NCBI GenBank assembly: GCA_963663405.2
Contig: CAXXSM010000042.1
Span: 8,008-72,007, forward strand
DNA length: 64,000 nt
Source of the DNA: a bacterium
Lineage (GTDB): Bacteria; Hinthialibacterota; Hinthialibacteria; Hinthialibacterales; Hinthialibacteraceae
Direction of reading: 5' to 3'
Under the pieces are notes generated by a model that ran no database searches, had not been told where the DNA came from, and worked only from the letters and a program-made list of their open reading frames with translations. Positions 1 through 10,533 of this stretch are shown here, piece by piece. Position 1 is the stretch's first letter; the number at the start of each line of letters is the position of its first letter. A program made the translations under genes and the position numbers.

Positions 1-570
1 ACCACCGGAGAGCAAACCGTTCGAGGAATCGTATGGAAGCCAAAACCAGTCGTATGGTTGATTACCGTCGGCGAAGCCCTGAGGCAGATCCAACCAGCGG
101 TTTGGTCCATGCGAAGCGATCATCCAATTCCCTAAGACACGGCGGGCGTTGGTATGGCCCGGGCTGTCCCGGCCAGGAAGATCGCTCCGGGTCGCGACGG
201 TAAATACTTTAAAACGGTAGCGGGAAACCAGCTTGGGCAGGTCTTCTAATGGCCGGCCCAAGGGATCGTATAATTTCTCGTTGCTCAAATACGAAACGGG
301 TTGAACCAGTCTATTGGGCAAATAGTAGGGCCACGTTGTGATATTTCCATCATCATCTGACGCCAGTTCTGGGGATGGATATTCGTTGTTATCGACGCGG
401 TAGGATTCGATGGCGGTTCCAACGGCTTGATGGTCGCCGATAATCCGCGTGATCGTCGCCCGCATCTGCGCGTTCAAAAAATTAGGGACGGCGATCGCGG
501 CCAATATTCCAATAATCGCCACAACAATTAATAATTCGATTAGAGTAAAAGAATTCGTATGGTTTTTCAT
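1..570 (-). CDS. Prepilin-type N-terminal cleavage/methylation domain protein (GspG/type IV pilin-like), 3' end outside window
   Basis: Manual translation from ATG at 570: MKNHTNSFTLIELLIVVAIIGILAAIAVPNFLNAQMRA..., then WMIASHGP and YDSSNGLLSGG near the window edge. Not in the ORF track because no stop lies in the window. Confidence 0.9.
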   Translation of the reverse strand, partial: MKNHTNSFTLIELLIVVAIIGILAAIAVPNFLNAQMRATITRIIGDHQAVGTAIESYRVDNNEYPSPELASDDDGNITTWPYYLPNRLVQPVSYLSNEKLYDPLGRPLEDLPKLVSRYRFKVFTVATRSDLPGRDSPGHTNARRVLGNWMIASHGPNRWLDLPQGFADGNQPYDWFWLPYDSSNGLLSGG

Positions 571-627
571 TGGTTTTAAGTATCTTCCTATTCAAATACT
601 GTCTATTCGATCAATGGTCTCTGAATA

Positions 628-1411
628 CTAGGTCTGCCATAGTAGATGATTCCGCAACCATTGTACTGTAATCCGGGTCATTTCGGAATCGTAAGCGTGA
701 CCGATCCCAAGAAGCATAGCGTAGGTGAGGCGCCCAGCCGCGTCTTCCCGCTCGTATTCTGGCAGCAGTTTTTTCATAGAGTTGAGACGCGTAGCGGGGA
801 TGTGCCCGCCTGTCTTTTTCTGTCGTAATCATCAATAACGGTTTTGGAGCCAGTTCGCGCAACGCATGGAGAGGCTCGAATCGTTCGACCAGAGGATGTC
901 CTTCTAATTCTTGGAATTCCACCATTCCCGTGATTTTACAAATGGGCATAAGCGCCGCGGCGCATTGGATTCTTGGTTCTTTTTGAAGCGCGTAAAGAGC
1001 GTGCATACCCCCCCAAGAGAGGCCGGCTGTAGCGATGGCTCCGACGGACGCGATTTTTTTATCCAACAGAAAATCGACAATAGCGGGAATATCGGCCAAG
1101 GCTCCATCCAATGGATTGTGATCGTTGGATGTTATCGTATTGACGATATTTTCAATAGCGGATAGGTTTTTATTGACACGCCGGGAACCATGACCGCGTA
1201 ATTCCACTGAGAGTATATTCCAGCCATTCTCTTGGATCGCTTCCGCCAATTCGGCGTACCGTCCTTGGAAAATTTGTTTCCGGCTTCCATTCAGACCATG
1301 AAAGTAGATCAACGTAGGAGCGGTCCGGGTTTTTGGTGTGGGACGGGCTAATAGACATTGTATGGGAGGCGTAACACCACGAATCGTTGCTGGATATATA
1401 TGAAGCGCCAT
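628..1411 (-). CDS. Alpha/beta hydrolase (esterase/peptidase S9-like), one frameshift in a homopolymer near 769-774
   Basis: FHG motif and GLSWGG nucleophile elbow. Removing one base from the T6 run (769-774) restores a C-terminus ...YEKLLPEYEREDAAGRLTYAMLLGIGHAYDSEM...WQT* containing the likely catalytic His. Confidence 0.8.
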
Positions 1412-1573
1412 AGGTCTCAACCAAATCGAATGATATATACAAGATTCAATCCACCATCATATCATGAAAAGTAGTCTTATGGAAAGCATCTTCTTATGAT
1501 TAAGCCCCTTGTTGAAGAAGCGAAGCGAATTAGTATTTCTATAAGGGAAATATAAAAAAAAAGGACACTCTCC

Positions 1574-2708
1574 ATGTACGAAGAAATTCAGAGTCAAGTT
1601 GAAGAATGCCTACAGCGCCTCGAAGAGCTGGGAGGGTATCTTTGACATCGATGTGAAACAGTCCGAGATTGCCCGCTTGGAAGAGGAAATGAATGCGCCG
1701 AATTTCTGGAACAATCCCCAAATCGCCCAGGAACACGGGAAAAAGATCAAAAAAAACAAAGATATCATTGAAACCTATCAACAGATTCATTCCCGCTTTG
1801 AGGATCTCGTTCTTCTGATTGAAATGGCGGAAGAAGAAAAAGACACCGGGCAGGAAGAAGAGTTATTGGCGGAATATAATAATCTGTCCCATGAGTTGGA
1901 TGATTTTGAGATCCGCAGCACACTCAGTGGGGATAATGACCAAGGGAATTGCTTCTTGAATATCCATCCCGGCGCCGGGGGAACCGAATCTTGTGATTGG
2001 GCCTCTATGCTGGTGCGGATGTATATGCGTTATATTGAAAATTGCGGCTGGAAGGCGGATGTTATAGATTTCCAAGAAGGGGATGAAGCGGGGATTAAAA
2101 ACGTCACGCTTCATGTAAAGGGAGAATACGCGTATGGGTATCTACGCACGGAAACCGGCATCCACCGTCTCGTGCGTATATCGCCTTTCGACGCCAACAG
2201 CCGCCGCCATACCTCGTTCGCCGCGATTCACGCCATGCCTGAGATTGACGACAGCATCGATGTGAATATTGATGAGAAAGATTTGCGTATCGACACATTC
2301 CGCTCATCCGGCAAAGGCGGACAGCACGTTAATACAACCGACTCGGCGATCCGGATCACCCACCTTCCCACAGGTGTTGTGGTTTCCTGTCAAAACGAGC
2401 GTTCCCAGCGTCAGAATAAAATGACGGCGATGAAGATCCTTACCTCCCGCTTGTACCAATTGATGGAAGAAGAACATGCGGAAAAAGTCGAAGAACTCTC
2501 CGGCGAAAAACGGGATATCGCATGGGGGAATCAGATTCGTTCGTATGTCTTTCATCCTTACAATATGATTAAAGATCACCGCACAGGAGTCGAGCGGGGA
2601 GATGTACAAAATGTAATGGACGGGGATCTCGACGACTATATCGCCGCCGCTCTCCGGGGAAAAACCACAGGCGCGGCGCCGGAAACGGTGGATACAGCGC
2701 AATCGTAA
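1574..2708 (+). CDS. prfB: Peptide chain release factor 2, programmed +1 frameshift
   Basis: ATG 1574 gives MYEEIQSQVEECLQRLEELGGYL-TGA. The +1 frame carries the SPF tripeptide and the GGQ motif. Confidence 0.98.
1631..1646 (+). promoter_or_regulatory. prfB autoregulatory frameshift site
   Basis: GGAGGG-TAT-CTT-TGA-C: internal SD followed by the canonical CTT TGA C slippery stop. Confidence 0.96.
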
Positions 2709-2729
2709 AGATACTCAATCCAAAAGAGA

Positions 2730-4604
2730 TTGGAGATTGATTCCTCAATCAACCGGCGAGGTGTATCTTTGTCCACAACTGAGCGAAATGTACTCCAATC
2801 CAATCTCTCCCTTCTCAAACAATTCTCTCCAGGCCTCATTGAGCGGATTCAAGATTGTGAATCAGTTCCCTGTTCCAATACTACCGATCAAACGCTTCCT
2901 GATGAACATTATTTAAAAGAGAAGCAAACATTCTCCGATACCATTCCAGATCGATACACATTTGTTTTTGGAATAGGGGCTGGAGAGTGGCTTTTCAACT
3001 GGCTGCAGAATAGATCCAAACCGCCGCAACGGTTGATCGTTTTTGAACCTTCTCCCCAAACCTTTCTCAATCTAATACGGAGCCAGGATCTACACGGTTT
3101 TATCGATTTTTCATATGTCCGGCTATTTGTTGGTGATGAACTTGAACGATTGGAAGCGTTGTTGCGAGATGATCTGATACAGATTGGAACGTGGGGATTG
3201 ACGATTTATACAAACAAAGAAGCGCGGGATCAACACACTGGAATCTATGATCGATCGAGCCAATTGCTTTTCTATTTGGAACGATTGGCGTATGAAAACA
3301 TCCGCGTTCAGAATGCCCGTGGTTTCTTTATTCAAGCGAATCTTCTCCGTAATCTACCTTTTATGATTCGTTCGCAATCTTTGGATGTCTTTGAAAACGC
3401 GCTTATCGGTGTTCCCGCGATTGTCGTAGGAGCCGGACCTTCCTTGAACAAGAATATCGATCGCTTGAAGAATGTTCCCACGGGTGTTTTGTTGGTTGCG
3501 GTGGATACAGCGCTGCGCCCCCTTCGGCAGCGTGGGATTCAACCGGACATCATCGTGACCTGCGATCCGATGAAAATCAATCTCCGGCATTTCGAAGGGA
3601 TTCCCAGCTTAGGGGATTCGATCCTTGCGTATTTACCGGAGAGTCATCCAGAAATTCTAGAGCGGTTCGGCGGCGCGCATCTTCTCTGTCTCCACGATTT
3701 TGAGTCGAAAACGCTCGAATATCTAGCTGACTCGTTTCACACCCGGTCCCGCTTCCGGCGGGGGATGAATGTAGGATATTGCGCGTTTTCACTGGCGCGG
3801 CAGATGGGATGTTCTCCGATTATCTTAGCGGGATTAGATTTGGCGATTGGAGACGGGAGCCGGTCTCATGCGGAAGGAACTGGGAATGTATCCGATGTGG
3901 TTCTGAGTGATGACGGTGAAACAGCTCGTCTGAAGGGGAATATTGAATCAGGCGATATACCCATGATTCAAGTCGAGGGATATGATGGGGGATGGGTTAG
4001 AACGTTTCCATATTTTTATACGTATCTCCTTCTATTTGAACGTGATATAACTGATATGGAGATCCCTGTCATTGACGCGTCGGAAGGGGGGGCCAGAAAA
4101 CGGGGAGCCGTACAAAAATCCCTTGACGCGGCGCTTGAGGACTGTATCCCTTTCCCTTCGTTTACCAACCGGATTGATGAATTGCGTAAAGCGAAAATAC
4201 TTTCATGTTCGCAAACGGCTTTGGAAAAGCTCACTAAGATGCGCAGTAAGATTGAGGAAGCGGCGCGGGAATTGGATGCGGGATTGAAGCGTCTTGAACA
4301 ATGGATTAAGACCATGATGGAGGGCGCTCCTGAACCGGATGAGATCAAGAGGATCGTAGAGATGTTCCAGCGCCGGTGGGATGAAATGTTATATTCACAG
4401 GGATTAAGCCGCGCGATCGATCTAGGATTGGCGCGATTTCGATATGAAACCCGGCGCGCGGATGGACCGGAAAATGTGATAGTCAAGGAATGGGCGGTGT
4501 GGCGTCTCCATCAATATTCGAAGTGGTTCAAGGCGTTGCGGAAAGATTTAGTGTTCTTCCTTCAGATTTACACATATCTTCAGAAGTCGATGAATTCGTC
4601 TTGA
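2730..4604 (+). CDS. Motility-associated factor (Maf/DUF115, MptE-like domain) putative glycosyltransferase
   Basis: FVFGIGAG N-terminal motif, AIVVGAGPSLNKNI, AVDTALRPL...PDIIVTCDP, MGCSPIILAGLDLA and IDASEGGA are typical of Maf/DUF115. Confidence 0.8.
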   Translation: MEIDSSINRRGVSLSTTERNVLQSNLSLLKQFSPGLIERIQDCESVPCSNTTDQTLPDEHYLKEKQTFSDTIPDRYTFVFGIGAGEWLFNWLQNRSKPPQRLIVFEPSPQTFLNLIRSQDLHGFIDFSYVRLFVGDELERLEALLRDDLIQIGTWGLTIYTNKEARDQHTGIYDRSSQLLFYLERLAYENIRVQNARGFFIQANLLRNLPFMIRSQSLDVFENALIGVPAIVVGAGPSLNKNIDRLKNVPTGVLLVAVDTALRPLRQRGIQPDIIVTCDPMKINLRHFEGIPSLGDSILAYLPESHPEILERFGGAHLLCLHDFESKTLEYLADSFHTRSRFRRGMNVGYCAFSLARQMGCSPIILAGLDLAIGDGSRSHAEGTGNVSDVVLSDDGETARLKGNIESGDIPMIQVEGYDGGWVRTFPYFYTYLLLFERDITDMEIPVIDASEGGARKRGAVQKSLDAALEDCIPFPSFTNRIDELRKAKILSCSQTALEKLTKMRSKIEEAARELDAGLKRLEQWIKTMMEGAPEPDEIKRIVEMFQRRWDEMLYSQGLSRAIDLGLARFRYETRRADGPENVIVKEWAVWRLHQYSKWFKALRKDLVFFLQIYTYLQKSMNSS

Positions 4605-4640
4605 CTTCTTTCCTGGTTTTGAGATAATAGTAAAAGGTTA

Positions 4641-4714
4641 GGGCGATTAGCTCAGTTGGTTAGAGCGCCAGTATCACAAACTGGAGGCCACTGGTTCAAA
4701 TCCAGTATCGCCCA
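4641..4714 (+). tRNA. tRNA-Val(CAC), CCA not encoded
   Basis: Cloverleaf GGGCGAT/ATCGCCC, D arm GCTC-AGTTGGTTA-GAGC, anticodon arm CCAGT-ATCACAA-ACTGG, T loop TTCAAAT. Confidence 0.93.
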
Positions 4715-4878
4715 TTTCTTTTTTTTATATGAAAATGAATTTCCGACACTTACTCGTCCAAGATGACTCCCGTAATTCATTTTCATTTGCAGTTGTGATC
4801 TCAATCATGATGATTTATTTGTTATCCTCGAAAAGTGAAGGCCACATTCTTATGTGCGAGCTCGTGTGAGTTCTGTTT

Positions 4879-6243
4879 ATGGCCCAATCGAATTCGTTTG
4901 CCACTCACTATCAAAAAGGGTTGGAATTCTATCAGGGCGGTCATTACGAAGAAGCCCTCTCCTGTCTCAAAAAAGCCATCATCCTACAAGTTGACTTTTT
5001 CGACGCATATTATCTCATCGCTCGTATCTACGAAGAGTTGGATCAGTATGACGACGCGCTGTCCATGTACAAAAAAGTGTTGGATTTGATTCCTAATGAC
5101 TTGGAGGTTCTTTGTAATTACGGAAAAATACTTCTTAAGGCGGGAGCCGCTGGAAAAGGAATCCGTGTTCTAAAAAAGGTCATTCGAAGGAATAAGAAAG
5201 AGACCAACGCCCGTTTGGCTTTGGCCCGTTTTTATTTCCGGAAAGGGAAATTTAGCAAGGCGTTATCTTTGATGGATACGGGCATCAAAGCCGCGCCCGA
5301 ATGCGCGGAATTCTATTCCTTGGCGGGAGATATCCTAAGGCGTCAGAAAAAAAACGCGAGGGCCCAACAGTATTACGAGAACTGCCTTGAAGTGGATCCA
5401 AACTTCGAACCGGCCAAACGAGGAATCAGCGCCGTTTACCGGGCGATGGAGAACAACAACGGTTACGACAGCCACACATATAAGAAAGAGGCAAAGGCGG
5501 AACTGATCGATGTAGCGGAATTATATTCTGCAGGTGAATACGACCGGGCGATTATCCGTTTATTGGATTTGAAAGATCAACCCGGCGTCGAGCGGGAAGC
5601 GTCCATGTTATTGGGGATGACCTTTGTGCGCAAAGGATTGTTCAAACGCGCCCGTGACGTTCTATTGTCATTTGCGCGGGAACATTCCCCTGATCTTTTA
5701 GTTTTATACAACTTGGGATTGGCTTCTAACCGCATGGGGCGATATGAAGAAGCGGTCCACTATCTCAGCGGCGCGTTGGAGCAGGATGAAGAATATCCCG
5801 AAGCGTTGATCGAAATGGGAATGGCCTGCCAGATGACCGGTGACAGGGCTTCAGCGAAATACTGTCTCGTCCAGGCGTTGAAGATTGACCGCGCCGATCC
5901 CCGTCCATTCGCGTATCTCGCCCGGTTGGCGTACGACCTCGGTGATCAGACCAAAGCGATGGAATTTCTCCGCCATGCCATTAAAATGGACTCGTCTTTG
6001 CCTGAAGTGACGCTCATCATCGGATATATCGCTATCCATGAAGGTAATTTCGAAAAAGCTGTTAAAAACCTAAAACGATGCTTAAATCAATCCCCCGATC
6101 ATTTTGAAGCGCATAAGCTGATGGGTCAGGCGCTGATGGAACTTGGGGATTTATCCGCGGCGGCGGACGCGTATCGCTTCGCCGCCGCGCTCAACCCAGC
6201 CGATCCGGAATGCGCTCAATTTCTAGTCGAGTACGCCGAGTAA
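4879..6243 (+). CDS. Tetratricopeptide repeat protein
   Basis: Many 34-aa TPR-like units (e.g. AYYLIARIYEELDQYDDALSMYKKVLDLIP, VLYNLGLASNRMGRYEEAVHYL). Confidence 0.9.
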   Translation: MAQSNSFATHYQKGLEFYQGGHYEEALSCLKKAIILQVDFFDAYYLIARIYEELDQYDDALSMYKKVLDLIPNDLEVLCNYGKILLKAGAAGKGIRVLKKVIRRNKKETNARLALARFYFRKGKFSKALSLMDTGIKAAPECAEFYSLAGDILRRQKKNARAQQYYENCLEVDPNFEPAKRGISAVYRAMENNNGYDSHTYKKEAKAELIDVAELYSAGEYDRAIIRLLDLKDQPGVEREASMLLGMTFVRKGLFKRARDVLLSFAREHSPDLLVLYNLGLASNRMGRYEEAVHYLSGALEQDEEYPEALIEMGMACQMTGDRASAKYCLVQALKIDRADPRPFAYLARLAYDLGDQTKAMEFLRHAIKMDSSLPEVTLIIGYIAIHEGNFEKAVKNLKRCLNQSPDHFEAHKLMGQALMELGDLSAAADAYRFAAALNPADPECAQFLVEYAE

Positions 6244-6251
6244 ACAACCAT

Positions 6252-6893
6252 ATGAATATTGAAGGTATAAACATCGAAATCAATCCACAATTATTTATCC
6301 GTTTAGCGATGGGATTGGGACTGCTTGCGTTTGGATGGACGCTTTTCCGGTTTGGCGTCAACGCGGTCGGTTTTTGTGTCGGGTATATGTTTGGTTCGAC
6401 CGCGTATCCAATGGTATTGCAGTTAGTCGCGCAGTTGGAGCCGGATTGGTTGCGGTTTTTCCCGCAACATGAGCTGGCCCCTTACGTCGCGGGGGCGATT
6501 TTTGGAGTGATGGGGATCTTTTTCGCCCGAAGTGTATATCGTTTGACGATTTTTGTCGGTGTCTTATCCGGCTCTCTCTATTTAATGTATGCGACTCCGC
6601 AGAGAGATTACGTCAATCAAATTTTCGAGTGGTTTGGAGTATTAGAGAAGTTGAATGAAACGATGGGGGACGCCTGGCCCGCCGCGCTCTGTTTGATCGT
6701 GTCCGCGCTGGTTCTTTTATCGCAGAAAGTGATAATTATAGTGCTGACCTCATGTATGGGGGCCTTTGTGTTGGCGGAATCAATCAACGTGCCCGTTCTC
6801 TTCCTGCCGTTGTGTATCATTGGATTTTTCTTGCAGAAAACGCAAAAGAGAACGCCGAAGAAAGTCAAGAAAGCAGAAGAGGATGAGGAATAA
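6252..6893 (+). CDS. Multi-pass membrane protein (DUF4203/TM7S3-like)
   Basis: Several Gly-rich hydrophobic helices, LLAFGWTLFR..GFCVG, charged C-terminal tail. Confidence 0.65.
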   Translation: MNIEGINIEINPQLFIRLAMGLGLLAFGWTLFRFGVNAVGFCVGYMFGSTAYPMVLQLVAQLEPDWLRFFPQHELAPYVAGAIFGVMGIFFARSVYRLTIFVGVLSGSLYLMYATPQRDYVNQIFEWFGVLEKLNETMGDAWPAALCLIVSALVLLSQKVIIIVLTSCMGAFVLAESINVPVLFLPLCIIGFFLQKTQKRTPKKVKKAEEDEE

Positions 6894-6915
6894 AATTCCT
6901 CATCCTAATTCCCTC

Positions 6916-7536
6916 TTAGTCTGAATAATCGCTCGCTCGTAAAATATCCCCCGAGCTCAGTAGACCGTTTGAAGAGCTATATCTCATATAACGGAACGTA
7001 ATCGAGTATCCATCCACCGAAAAACCTCCAGGCAAATCCCATTTCACTTTGTTTGCCCCTGGATATTCAAAAACGGGGTTGGAATCGTCAGAAAAACTAG
7101 GGCCGGCGCTGGCGACAAGCCATCGTGTCGCTTGACCATTCGCATTACCGCCCCGGTCCCATTCCGGTCCCCAATCCGGTTCGGTTCCGAAAGTGTAATG
7201 ACTCTGTGTGCTCCCCCAGTCATCCGCCACAGCCATGGGATTCGTGTAAAATGGATCTCGTGGCAACGATCCGATGTAGGCGGTGGGGTGCGTCAGGCGG
7301 TACAATCCCGCATGCAGGGGCACATCTGAATCGTGGTGATTCTCCGTATACGTGTTCCAATCCAGACGGTACATTTCCTGGGCCTGCCCCATTGCCTGCA
7401 TGTCTGATTTCACTTTCGCGACTTTGGCGCGGGTTTGCGCGTTGAGAAAGTTGGGCACGGCGATTGCGGCAAGAATCCCGATGATAGCGACTACAATCAA
7501 CAATTCGATAAGCGTAAAACCTTTCGATCTCATCAT
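6916..7536 (-). CDS. Prepilin-type N-terminal cleavage/methylation domain protein (GspG-like)
   Basis: KGFTLIELLIVVAIIGILAAIAVPNF class III signal, LPRDPF, WLVASAGP, YSSSNGLLSSGDI; SD GGAG upstream. Confidence 0.92.
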   Translation of the reverse strand: MMRSKGFTLIELLIVVAIIGILAAIAVPNFLNAQTRAKVAKVKSDMQAMGQAQEMYRLDWNTYTENHHDSDVPLHAGLYRLTHPTAYIGSLPRDPFYTNPMAVADDWGSTQSHYTFGTEPDWGPEWDRGGNANGQATRWLVASAGPSFSDDSNPVFEYPGANKVKWDLPGGFSVDGYSITFRYMRYSSSNGLLSSGDILRASDYSD

Positions 7537-7614
7537 TGTTTCTCCTAAATCTTTTGATCGTGTATAACCGAACCTTTAATACACAATACAGTATTCATTA
7601 ATTTTTTGCAAGAA

Positions 7615-7640
7615 AGAAGCGGCGAATTTTCGCCGCTTCT
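7615..7640. terminator. Intrinsic terminator-like hairpin downstream of the 925-aa gene
   Basis: AGAAGCGGCGAA-TT-TTCGCCGCTTCT perfect inverted repeat, T-rich tail on the minus strand. Confidence 0.7.
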
Positions 7641-7724
7641 TGAAGATAAATTCTTTGTTTTCAGTGTTATATAACAGTTGGATCTTCCGCTTAACCGCTA
7701 TGCTGACTGAAATCGGAACCCAGA

Positions 7725-10502
7725 TTATTCCTGCGCGGGGACTTGGATGAGAATATTCTCTTGTCCGGGCAGAATACCTGCCATCTCGACAACGGGTTGA
7801 GATTTATTCTGAAACATCCCCGTCCCTTTGGCGTAGACTTTGATTGTATGTTCGACACCAGGCCGCAGCCCAACGAACCAGAACTGTCCGTCTTGATTAC
7901 TGTGATCAAGTCCGGAGGATTTATCGGCTGCGCTGGCGGTCGCCCAGACTTCCAAGCCGGAGAGCGGCTTGCCTTCCTTATCGATGACGCGGCCTTTCAA
8001 AAAACTGGCTCTTGTCAGTTCAATATCAAAATTCAGAATTTTCTGATCTTCAGGCATCTCTAACTCATAAAACTCAGCGCAGTAATCCTGTCCTTTTGTC
8101 GTATCTGACGAATACATCCCAGGCGAGACCTGCAGTTGGATTTTTCCTGGTTTAAGCCATTCAATCTTGTATGTACCATCTTCATTGACGGTACCGCTTG
8201 TTGAATTTTGATCCTGTTGAACGAATAGCGAGAGCATCGCAGGGAGATTCCCGTCATCGGTAGTGATTTTACCGGTTAATGTATGGCCGGTGTCCGCGCT
8301 TTTTAATTGAATGTGGATATCTTGTACGTTCTCACCAGGGCTGTATCGCACCGTTGTGTTCCCCTTCGCGGCAATGTCTTTCCCAAATAAGGATGGGCCT
8401 TTTAGGCCTCCACTCATTGTTGTTCCACCTGCCATTCCCATGCCGTAGGAGCCCATTCCGCCGGGTAGCGGCTTCTTAGGGCGCAAAACAATCGCTGTTA
8501 ACAGTTCTTCAACCGGTTCTTCTTGGGCGGCGGTGATAATGGAGAAGCCGAACTGTCCGTTTTCATCCGTGATATTGGATTCTACATAGCCATAATGACC
8601 TTCGCCGAGAATTACTTCCGCTCCTGCCGCTGGGAAGCCATCCGAATTGATAACAGTACCGGAAAAGAATGTGCTAACGCCCGGTACAACGGGGAATTCG
8701 ATATGATTCAGATCCTGATCCGTGACTTTTATCTCAACACATCGGCCATATTTGAACGTGTCATTCACCACTTTCCCTTTGGGATGGACGAAACCGGTGT
8801 ACGTATCAAGTGTCAATATCGGATCGATCGAGTATTCGCCTGGGATTACCTTTTCAAATTGAAAACTGCCATCGACGGCGGATTGAACGGTCCCGTAATC
8901 TCCATATTCCCCAAAGGAACGACTATTACGGAATAAGTTGAGATGAAATCCTGGAACCGGCTCTCTTGTATCGGTTCTGATTACACGGCCGGAGATTGTA
9001 TACGCTTCGTCGACATCATATTCGACATCAATCAAGTGTTTCTGGTCTTCCAATGTAAATGTGAGTGTTTTTGTGGGGAAACCACTTTCCGCTGGTGGAG
9101 TGACCTGTAATTTATATTGCCCAAACGGTGTATTCTTGAAAGAGGCTCTTCCTTCTTCATCAGTTTCGCCCATAAATAGGGCGTTTTTTCCATCGGTGGA
9201 TTTCAATGTCAGATCGACGTTTGGAATCGCGGCGAGCTGACGTATATTGATGCCGGATTTTTTTACGGTGACATGGACAACGCCATTTTCAAAAAGAAGC
9301 AGATTCGCGCCGCCACACGCAGGATGAATGACGGTGACAGGACTTTGAAGATTGCCCACCCTTGCTTGTATGTAATATGTTCCGGCTGGAAGGTTCTCGA
9401 AACGGCAAAGACCAGCCGCGTCCGTTGTTTTCGTGGCGATGATCTCACCTCGAGAAGAGTAATTGGATTTTCGTAACATATAGTAGAAGCGTTTCCCATT
9501 CCTATCGAATTCAATCCTGGATTCGTATAGATTGGATGGCGCTTCCAGCTTCTCCCGCGCGGTCAATTCATCCCAGATACGAAGCCGGCGCGAGTTTTGC
9601 ACATTTTCAGGCGCGCGGCTGCTATTATTTTCCGCGAGTGGTTGATCGTTAGGCTTAATCATGCAATCCCACAGACCCGCGACATGATCGCCCGTTTTCG
9701 GTGGACCATAGGTGGAATCATTTGGTAGAATTGATTGCGTGAATTCTGATTGGCTGACGAGTATGTCATTCTCTTCAGGTTGGAACGTTACTTTTTTCTT
9801 TCCTTCGAGAATTCCATCCAATTGGAGCGTCACGCTATTGGAAACAGGCCGTTTGACGGATGGGCCTTTCCAGAGGATAAATTCTATCACTTCCCCACCA
9901 GGATTTTTTTCTTCCCACTTAGAACCGGGCGCTTGTACCTTACATTCAAATGTACAGAGATATTCCATCGTGATTTCGATGGCTCCATCAGCGGGGATCG
10001 TGACGGTTTGTTCCACTTCGTCATAACCGTCCGCCTTCGCTTTGAGGGTATAATCCCCAGCAGACAGACCGGATATATTCGCTTCTCCATTGGAGAATTC
10101 AATACTTTTCTCTCCAATCGTAAGGTTTCCCTCTGAGATGGGATCTCCCAGCGCGTCGACGATGGAAAACGCGCAGGAATAACTCTCCTGATTGGCCATA
10201 GCGATCGGCGCGGTTGTTGGCTGCGCCGGAACGGGTGTGTTGTCTGCCTCCGGAGCGTTGGATTGTGTCTGTTTGGCAGTTTTCATAGCGATATTGGATT
10301 CGTTAACCGACGCTTGATCCCCAGCCGTAATCAATTCACTGCGTGAACCGTCTGCGGATGTAACACGGACAGATCCCTCATCCACATTCACAATTAATTC
10401 TTCCGGAACGCCGGGAGGCGCGCCGTCGTTTCCTAAATACATCGACGCCAAGACGGAAATAGCCGTCAGGCAGAGAATGGTGACAACAATTTTTATACGC
10501 AT
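7725..10502 (-). CDS. Large exported/membrane-anchored protein: N-terminal FecR-like strands plus multiple carboxypeptidase-regulatory-like (prealbumin/CnaB-type) domains
   Basis: N-terminal hydrophobic segment; IVNVDEGSVRV...LITAGDQ; repeated TD..G...F..L..G.Y and G.V....G.P motifs; own SD (AAGGA). Confidence 0.8.
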   Translation of the reverse strand: MRIKIVVTILCLTAISVLASMYLGNDGAPPGVPEELIVNVDEGSVRVTSADGSRSELITAGDQASVNESNIAMKTAKQTQSNAPEADNTPVPAQPTTAPIAMANQESYSCAFSIVDALGDPISEGNLTIGEKSIEFSNGEANISGLSAGDYTLKAKADGYDEVEQTVTIPADGAIEITMEYLCTFECKVQAPGSKWEEKNPGGEVIEFILWKGPSVKRPVSNSVTLQLDGILEGKKKVTFQPEENDILVSQSEFTQSILPNDSTYGPPKTGDHVAGLWDCMIKPNDQPLAENNSSRAPENVQNSRRLRIWDELTAREKLEAPSNLYESRIEFDRNGKRFYYMLRKSNYSSRGEIIATKTTDAAGLCRFENLPAGTYYIQARVGNLQSPVTVIHPACGGANLLLFENGVVHVTVKKSGINIRQLAAIPNVDLTLKSTDGKNALFMGETDEEGRASFKNTPFGQYKLQVTPPAESGFPTKTLTFTLEDQKHLIDVEYDVDEAYTISGRVIRTDTREPVPGFHLNLFRNSRSFGEYGDYGTVQSAVDGSFQFEKVIPGEYSIDPILTLDTYTGFVHPKGKVVNDTFKYGRCVEIKVTDQDLNHIEFPVVPGVSTFFSGTVINSDGFPAAGAEVILGEGHYGYVESNITDENGQFGFSIITAAQEEPVEELLTAIVLRPKKPLPGGMGSYGMGMAGGTTMSGGLKGPSLFGKDIAAKGNTTVRYSPGENVQDIHIQLKSADTGHTLTGKITTDDGNLPAMLSLFVQQDQNSTSGTVNEDGTYKIEWLKPGKIQLQVSPGMYSSDTTKGQDYCAEFYELEMPEDQKILNFDIELTRASFLKGRVIDKEGKPLSGLEVWATASAADKSSGLDHSNQDGQFWFVGLRPGVEHTIKVYAKGTGMFQNKSQPVVEMAGILPGQENILIQVPAQE

Positions 10503-10533
10503 GATTATTTCCTTTTCTTTTTAATAGAACTGA

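Noticed and set aside
4641-4800. tRNA-anchored genomic island
   Set aside because: No integrase, and I saw no repeat of the tRNA 3' end elsewhere in the window
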